Positions 37,251 to 41,186 of a stretch of DNA of 41,186 bases are shown here, piece after piece; position 1 is the first letter of the stretch; each line of letters starts with the position of its first letter. The DNA lies in the IMG/VR virus record IMGVR_UViG_3300024921_000002, positions 1 through 41,186 of that record, one strand, 5' to 3'. Origin of the DNA: a virus. The translations under genes and the position numbers were made by a program. Under the pieces are notes generated by a model that saw nothing but the letters and a program-made list of their open reading frames with translations, made no database searches and had not been told where the DNA came from.

Positions 37251-39368
37251 ATGGCAAATAATATCGCACTAGGCATCGTTATCGGCGCATCGCTATCCAG
37301 TACCGTGGGACGCGCGTTCCAATCACTGGATGCGAGAGCGACCGGGTTGGGACGGAGTCTACAAAACGTACACATGGGGCGCAACGCTGCCGATGACGTC
37401 ATCCGCTACCGGACCAGGCTGGATAACCTCATAGCGACTCAGCATCAATTCGGGGCCAGCAATACCAACTTATGGGGGCAGATTGCGCGTACCGAGGCAT
37501 CGCTCCGCACTGCCTCGCAAAGAGCCGAGAGATACGGGCTTAATATCGGCGACATCGTCAATGAAAACCGTAGACTGCTACAGTCAGAGCAGTCGGTGTC
37601 CCGACAGCTCGAACGCACCAATAGATTACGAGCCAACCGTGACCGCCGCAGTGAGTTGGGCGGCCAAATGATCGGCACGGTGGGCATGGCCTACGCTGCC
37701 GCAGCGCCCATTAAAGACGCGATTGAATTTGAATCGGTTATGGCTGACGTGCGTAAAGTCGTTGATGTGTCTGACGCAGAATTTAAGGGCTTGGGCAAAT
37801 CCATACTTGATATGTCGGCCACCATGCCGATGGCCGCCAGCGGCATTGGCGCTATCGTTTCCGCTGCCGGGCAATCTGGCGTAGCCAAAGAAGAATTGTT
37901 GGGCTTTACAACCGCCGCCGTTAAGATGGGCGTAGCTTTTGATATGACCGGCGAGGAAGCTGGGCAGACTATGGCGAGCTGGCGGGCTGGCATGGCAATT
38001 AACCAGAAGCAGGCGGAATCACTAGCGGATGCCGTTAACTACCTGGATGCTAATATGAACGCCTCGGCAAAGAATATTTCCGAGGTTGTTACCCGGCAAG
38101 GCGCTGTTGCAAAAGCCGCCGGGCTAACTGAGATTCAAATCGCCGCCTTAAGTGCGTCACTGCTTAATTCCGGCGCCGCTCCCGAGATTGCCGCTACCGC
38201 ATTAAAGAACCTGACCAATGCACTTACTCAAGGTGAATCTGCTAGTAAGGCCCAGATTGGCGTTTTTGAACAACTGGGCATGACCTCGGAAGAGGTGACG
38301 GCATCCATGCAAAAGGACGCTGAGGGTACTATTAAAAAGGTATTCGCTGCATTGGCTGCGGCTCCTGCTGAAAATCGCGGATCTATGGTTGGTGACCTGT
38401 TCGGTGAAGAAGCCAAAGGCGCAATTATGCCGCTACTGGTCAACATAAAAGCGCTGGATCAGGCATTTAATTCAGTCGCCGATGCCAGTAGTTACGCCGG
38501 GTCAATGCAAAAAGAATATGACATCCGGTCGCAAACAACAGCTAATAACCTGACACTGCTGGGCAATAAGGCCACGCGTCTGGGGGTTAATCTCGGTACT
38601 GTGCTTTTGCCTACACTAAACACCGTCTTCGGTGCCATGGGTGATGGCATTAATGTAGTAACTGGGTTGGCGGAAAAATTTCCAGTTGTCACGAATGTTG
38701 TTGTCGGTGCGACAGTTGGACTGGTTGGATTGAAAGTGGCGGCCTTGGCTGGCGGATATGCCGCAACTATCCTTTCAGATGGCTGGATAATTGCCACGGG
38801 CATTATGGATTTCTTCCGGCTATCGACATTGAGATCCAATGCCGCATTAGCATGGCAATCAACCGTTGCACTTGGCGCCTCAATACAGCAAAAGGCGCTG
38901 GCGGTATGGACGGGTACGGTTACCGCAGCCCAATGGCTATGGAACGCGGCAATGACCGCTAACCCTATCGGCTTGGTGGTTGCCGGCGTGGTCGCTTTTG
39001 GAGCGCTGGCGATCACGGTTTATAAAAACTGGGAACCTATCATGAACTGGTTTAAAGAGAAGTTCGCCTGGTTGGGGCAGTCGGTTGATTGGGTTAAAGG
39101 TCTTGGCGGTATTTTTGGGGGGAAGGATCAGGCTGGGATAGGTTCGGCAATGGCCGCGACGATTGCCGCTCCTGCGCTGGCTACGCCGTTGCCCGCAATG
39201 CCGCCTGCTGCGGGTTCAGCAGGACAAGGGACAGTAACACAAACTACCCATGCGCCTATTACCATAGTTCAACAGCCAGGCGAGGATTCAAATGCCCTAG
39301 CCGAACGGGTAGCAAAGCATTTGAAGAAGCAGCAGGCCGCAGATGCCAGAGGCGCTTTGCATGACTAA
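37251..39368 (+). CDS. Tail tape measure protein
   Basis: 705 aa. Ala/Gly-rich helical protein with a hydrophobic C-terminal third, positioned after E/E'. Confidence 0.85.
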   Translation: MANNIALGIVIGASLSSTVGRAFQSLDARATGLGRSLQNVHMGRNAADDVIRYRTRLDNLIATQHQFGASNTNLWGQIARTEASLRTASQRAERYGLNIGDIVNENRRLLQSEQSVSRQLERTNRLRANRDRRSELGGQMIGTVGMAYAAAAPIKDAIEFESVMADVRKVVDVSDAEFKGLGKSILDMSATMPMAASGIGAIVSAAGQSGVAKEELLGFTTAAVKMGVAFDMTGEEAGQTMASWRAGMAINQKQAESLADAVNYLDANMNASAKNISEVVTRQGAVAKAAGLTEIQIAALSASLLNSGAAPEIAATALKNLTNALTQGESASKAQIGVFEQLGMTSEEVTASMQKDAEGTIKKVFAALAAAPAENRGSMVGDLFGEEAKGAIMPLLVNIKALDQAFNSVADASSYAGSMQKEYDIRSQTTANNLTLLGNKATRLGVNLGTVLLPTLNTVFGAMGDGINVVTGLAEKFPVVTNVVVGATVGLVGLKVAALAGGYAATILSDGWIIATGIMDFFRLSTLRSNAALAWQSTVALGASIQQKALAVWTGTVTAAQWLWNAAMTANPIGLVVAGVVAFGALAITVYKNWEPIMNWFKEKFAWLGQSVDWVKGLGGIFGGKDQAGIGSAMAATIAAPALATPLPAMPPAAGSAGQGTVTQTTHAPITIVQQPGEDSNALAERVAKHLKKQQAADARGALHD

Positions 39369-39372
39369 TATT

Positions 39373-39753
39373 ATGATGCGCCTGGGGGCGTTTAATTTCT
39401 CTATCAACACTGCTGCGTATCAGGCGTTCAGCCGGTCAACCGCTTATCGATGGCAGGCAGTGGAGCGCTATGGAAAATTACCTGCGCAACAATATACCGG
39501 CCCCGGCGAAGATTCAATCACGCTATCGGGCGACATCTACCCCGATTATGCAGGCGGCCTGCACCAGATCGACGACATGCGCGCAGAAGCGGGAAAGGGG
39601 CAGCCGTTAATATTGGTTGATGGCAACGGTTATGTCTGGAAAAAATGGTGCATTCAGTCAATTGAAGAGAATAAGGACACCTTTTTGTCCAACGGCGTGG
39701 CCCGCAAAATGTCCTTTACCCTGAAAATAACCCAATACGGTGACGATACATGA
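39373..39753 (+). CDS. Tail protein U
   Basis: MMRLGAFNFSINTAAYQAFSRSTAYRWQAVERYGKLPAQQYTGPGEDSITLSGDIYP is the P2 gpU pattern. The alternative start is 39361. Confidence 0.8.
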   Translation: MMRLGAFNFSINTAAYQAFSRSTAYRWQAVERYGKLPAQQYTGPGEDSITLSGDIYPDYAGGLHQIDDMRAEAGKGQPLILVDGNGYVWKKWCIQSIEENKDTFLSNGVARKMSFTLKITQYGDDT

Positions 39754-39956
39754 CCCAATACCGCACCAAAACCGGCGATATGATCGATGCGATTTGCCAC
39801 CGATATTACGGCAGTCAGTCTGGCGCCGTTGAGCGGGTCTACGAGGCTAATCGAAGCTTGGCCGACTATGGGCCTGTGTTGCCGTCAGGCTTGGTGATTG
39901 AACTGCCGGAAATGCCTATAGCAGAAACGGTGAAAACAGTTAGGTTATGGGATTGA
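39750..39956 (+). CDS. Tail protein X
   Basis: 68 aa. TKTGDMIDAICHRYYG...VERVYEANRSLADYGPVLPSGLVIELPE is the P2 gpX pattern. Confidence 0.8.
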   Translation: MTQYRTKTGDMIDAICHRYYGSQSGAVERVYEANRSLADYGPVLPSGLVIELPEMPIAETVKTVRLWD

Positions 39957-39957
39957 A

Positions 39958-40932
39958 ATGAAGCCTATCTTTAAAGTATTAGCTGATGGTGCAGATATTA
40001 CCGCGCGTATTAATCAGCGCCTGATCAGCATAAAAACCACTGACGAGGCCGGTTTTAAGTCCGACACCTGCACTATTGATTTAGACGACCGGGATGGGTT
40101 GATTGCCTTGCCGCGCAAAGGCGCAAAATTAGACATTTACCTGGGCTATGAAAAAACCGGAATCAGTAAGGTAGGCGTTTACACGGTCGATGAGATTTCT
40201 TTAACGGGATTCCCTGAAACGCTGAGTATCAGTGGCAAGGCCGCCGATATGTCCGTAGGCGAACTTAAATCGCAGAAAACCCGGCACTTCGATAACATCA
40301 CTCTAGGTGATCTGGTTAAAACAATCGCCGGCAGCAACGGCCTTGTCGGCAAAACCTCTGCTGATCTGGCTGCTATTCAGCTGGGGCATGTGGATCAAAC
40401 GCAAGAATCAGACCTGCATTTGCTCACTCGCCTAGCGAAACAATACGGCGGCGTCGCTAAAGTCACCAATGACCATTTAATCCTGGCCAAGGCAGGCGAA
40501 TCGAAAAGTGTCGGCGGTGCCAGCTTGTTGCCGATTTATATTGATAAAACGCAAGTATCGGGCTACCAGTGCAGCATTACCGACCGTGGCAAATACGCCT
40601 CCGTAACCGCGACTTATCACGATAAGGCGACTGGCCAGAATATTGCAGTCAGCACCAGCGCCGAAAAACCGGCTCATACCTTGCGGCACACCTATGATAA
40701 CCAGCAGCAAGCGATCGAGGCGGCGCAGGCAAAAAAATCAGCGCTGGATCAAGGAACGGCTACCGTAGACGTTAGTTTATCGGTTGGTAATGCTGATCTG
40801 TTCGCTGAGTCGCCGTTGATATTAACGGGATTTAGATCGGGCATCACTGGGCCGAGCTGGACAACAACGCGGGTCGAGCATTCGTTTAGTAAGGCGGCGT
40901 TTACGACTCAGGTTAATGGGGAGATAAAGTGA
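39958..40932 (+). CDS. Tail protein D (late control D family)
   Basis: 324 aa. KPIFKVLADGADITARINQRLISIKTTDEAGFKSDTCTIDLDD is the P2 gpD pattern. It is the last gene before the attP/int region. Confidence 0.85.
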   Translation: MKPIFKVLADGADITARINQRLISIKTTDEAGFKSDTCTIDLDDRDGLIALPRKGAKLDIYLGYEKTGISKVGVYTVDEISLTGFPETLSISGKAADMSVGELKSQKTRHFDNITLGDLVKTIAGSNGLVGKTSADLAAIQLGHVDQTQESDLHLLTRLAKQYGGVAKVTNDHLILAKAGESKSVGGASLLPIYIDKTQVSGYQCSITDRGKYASVTATYHDKATGQNIAVSTSAEKPAHTLRHTYDNQQQAIEAAQAKKSALDQGTATVDVSLSVGNADLFAESPLILTGFRSGITGPSWTTTRVEHSFSKAAFTTQVNGEIK

Positions 40933-41059
40933 ATGGGTGAAAAATAATTATTTTAAAAGCAAGCGCGCAAGGCCATCGGCTTAATGACATCAACCGATAC
41001 ACCAATGATCTTGTAGGTCAGTCATTCTCTAAAATGCGTATAATTATGGATTGGTTATT

Positions 41060-41186
41060 CCTGCAATGCAGGTAAATTTACAATTAAGTACATATTCGAG
41101 TACATAAACTGAATGAACGATTATTTAAATTCCATACAAGCTAAGGAAACAAAGAGACGCAGGACTTTTGCTATCATCTCCCACCC
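41060..41186. repeat. Terminal direct repeat, copy B (identical to 1..127)
   Basis: Read directly from the sequence. Confidence 0.9.

Larger units (their letters stand above)
1..41186. mobile_element. Complete temperate phage genome (myovirus-type, lambda-like head / P2-like tail), circularly closed contig
   Basis: Integrase, CI/Cro-type switch, replication, terminase, portal, capsid, lysis and a full contractile-tail module are all present. An exact 127-nt overlap joins the two window ends. Confidence 0.85.

Overview
This window is a complete, circularly closed genome of a temperate contractile-tailed phage. The first 127 nt (1..127) are repeated exactly at 41060..41186, so the unique length is 41,059 bp.

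The architecture is mosaic:
- P4-type tyrosine integrase (340..1554, +).
- A long leftward (minus-strand) early/accessory operon (about 1.6-11.4 kb). It encodes an AlpA/Xis-like protein, a C5 cytosine methyltransferase, a GH108 muramidase, RdgC, a Lar-like protein and a DpdA/TGT-like protein.
- A lambda-style immunity switch. OL/PL lies at about 11.52-11.57 kb. The CI-like repressor, a tripartite OR and a Cro-like gene lie at about 14.5-15.2 kb.
- A LuxR-type regulator.
- A P4-alpha-like primase/helicase followed by an iteron field.
- A lambda-like packaging/head module: Nu1-like TerS, GpA-like TerL, gpW, lambda-type portal, a ClpP-protease/major-capsid fusion, a DUF2190 decoration protein, and FII/Z/U-like connectors.
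- A holin/embedded-spanin cassette.
- A P2-like tail module: V, W, J, I, fibre, sheath, tube, E/E' with a T_TTT_TTG -1 frameshift site, tape measure, U, X and D.

I saw no rRNA, tRNA or CRISPR array.

Four things deserve a second look:
1. An array of at least 8 structured imperfect palindromes with covarying stems and conserved bulges. They bracket every small ORF between xis/alpA and int. The upstream stop codon sits inside an ATAAC box and a GTTAT box lies just before the next start. This is integron-attC-like geometry, or alternatively an RNA processing/coupling element.
2. An A+T-richer four-gene cassette sitting exactly where lambda carries rexAB, between the repressor gene and OL/PL. It includes a translationally coupled zinc-ribbon/TM protein and a TerB-like/BRCT protein. 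It is a candidate lysogen-expressed defence system.
3. A DNA-modification and counter-restriction set: a DpdA-like protein without a preQ0 pathway, a PP-loop/PAPS-reductase-like gene wedged between terS and terL, a C5-MTase with five tandem TRD-like repeats, and Lar.
4. An antisense membrane-protein moron between the tail chaperone and the tape measure.

All functional calls come from motif recognition by eye on the supplied translations. None has been checked against a database.
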